From: Tubulanus polymorphus
Taxonomy: Eukaryota; Animalia; Nemertea
Direction: 5' to 3'
Length of the DNA stretch: 64,000 nt
Assembly (NCBI RefSeq): GCF_964204645.1
Contig: NC_134028.1
Location: 10,540,001-10,604,000, forward strand
Part shown: in pieces, positions 63,232-64,000 of the stretch
Position numbering within the stretch: the stretch's first letter is position 1
Layout: each line of letters opens with the position of its first letter
Notes under the pieces: model-generated
What the model was told of the DNA's origin: nothing
What the model saw: only the letters and a program-made list of their open reading frames with translations
The model's database searches: none
Translations under genes and position numbers: made by a program

Positions 63232-63480
63232 GTTTTCATAAAAATTAAAAACATAAAATTATTAATCTAAGTATAGAAATAGTTATAATATAATCTATTT
63301 TTATTTCAAGAGAAAACGTATGATTGATTCATTTTTATATAATTCATTAAATAATTTATATATCTATGTACTAGACGTACGTAATAATCTAAGAATTCTT
63401 ACTTTCTTACTTTCTTAGCAAGAATCTTGGATTCTTACGTACGTCTAGTACATAGATATATAAATTAGTTTCTATAATAA
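63088..63480. repeat. Double hairpin/inverted repeat with (TA)n tract between convergent genes
   Basis: TATATATCTATGTACTAGACGTAC arm occurs forward at ~63106 and ~63357 and reversed at ~63181 and ~63439. Confidence 0.9.
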
Positions 63481-63494
63481 TTCAAATTAGGATT

Positions 63495-63654
63495 TTATTT
63501 TATACATTTATATTCATATGGAAATTGAAGCCTCAGTAATAATTTTGAACCTTTATTATTCTTTAATTCATTCATATATTCATCATGTAACTCAGTAGGT
63601 ATAATTTGATTTTCTTCCAATGATTGTTGCATAGATTTTCTATCTTTGTTATAA
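63495..63654 (-). pseudogene. 3' end of packaging ATPase (copy 2), cut by a Helentron-type insertion
   Basis: FYNKDRKSMQQSLEENQIIP...LLLRLQFPYEY matches FYNKDRKSMKNALEENDIIP at ~47300-47450. Confidence 0.85.
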
Positions 63655-64000
63655 AACAAGAGCCCCAAGGGGCACAATGGCCAGCCTGTCAGATTTGCTT
63701 TTTATAAATGATGTAATCTGTGGGTTATATTTATCAATATACACTCCCTGCTCAATATCATTTACATAGTAAAATCGTGTGTTAACACAGACAGCAGGAA
63801 CGAATGTAATATAGAAATACTAAGTTATTGTATTGTTCAACGCCCCCTGGTGGCCATAAAAAAACCAATGAGCTTGAAACTCACCTCGATCATAGAACAT
63901 GTCATGAGCTACAACTTTCCAATTGATTATAGTAGCAAAATATGCTTAAGTATCAATTATGATGTGGAAAAACTTTTTTTCCACCTACGAATGAGTACTG
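63655..64000 (-). mobile_element. Helentron-associated element, runs off the window
   Basis: Near-identical to 51654-51960 and 52020-52150. Confidence 0.85.

Larger units (their letters stand above)
49560..63654 (+). mobile_element. Polinton/Maverick-like endogenous virus, copy 2 (decayed, interrupted; probably continues past the window)
   Basis: pPolB, mCP, membrane-protein block and MCP syntenic with copy 1; ATPase 3' end on the minus strand. Confidence 0.9.

Noticed and set aside
35459-63654. Alternative genetic code or stop readthrough to explain the many in-frame stops
   Set aside because: Stops are of all three types, differ between copies and co-occur with frameshifts: ordinary pseudogenisation

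Overview
AT-rich, repeat-dense eukaryotic DNA, most likely from an animal (spliceosomal GT-AG introns; transposon families typical of aquatic invertebrates; species not identifiable from sequence alone). The left third holds an intact five-exon host gene for the GPI-mannosyltransferase I subunit PIG-X (5402-19231, +). Its introns are filled with Helentron-type non-autonomous elements, MITEs, a LINE relic and a decayed DIRS1-like retrotransposon. The middle holds an 8.1 kb CACTA/EnSpm-type transposon nested in a MITE. The right half (about 35.2-63.7 kb) holds two decayed, tandem, mosaic copies of a very AT-rich Polinton/Maverick-like endogenous virus (pPolB, minor and major capsid proteins, integrase, packaging ATPase, membrane proteins). 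Its most striking traits: (1) a full-length, stop-free intein with a LAGLIDADG homing endonuclease inserted in the YxD/TD catalytic motif of the protein-primed PolB, resembling the Mimivirus PolB intein; (2) a probable VLTF3-like (poxvirus A2/NCLDV late transcription factor) gene; (3) poxvirus late-promoter-like TAAATG starts on 18 of 22 inspected genes; (4) hairpins between convergent genes. Together these suggest an animal endogenous Polinton-like virus that depends on, or exchanged genes with, a giant/pox-like DNA virus. All family assignments come from motif recognition by eye; no database searches were run.
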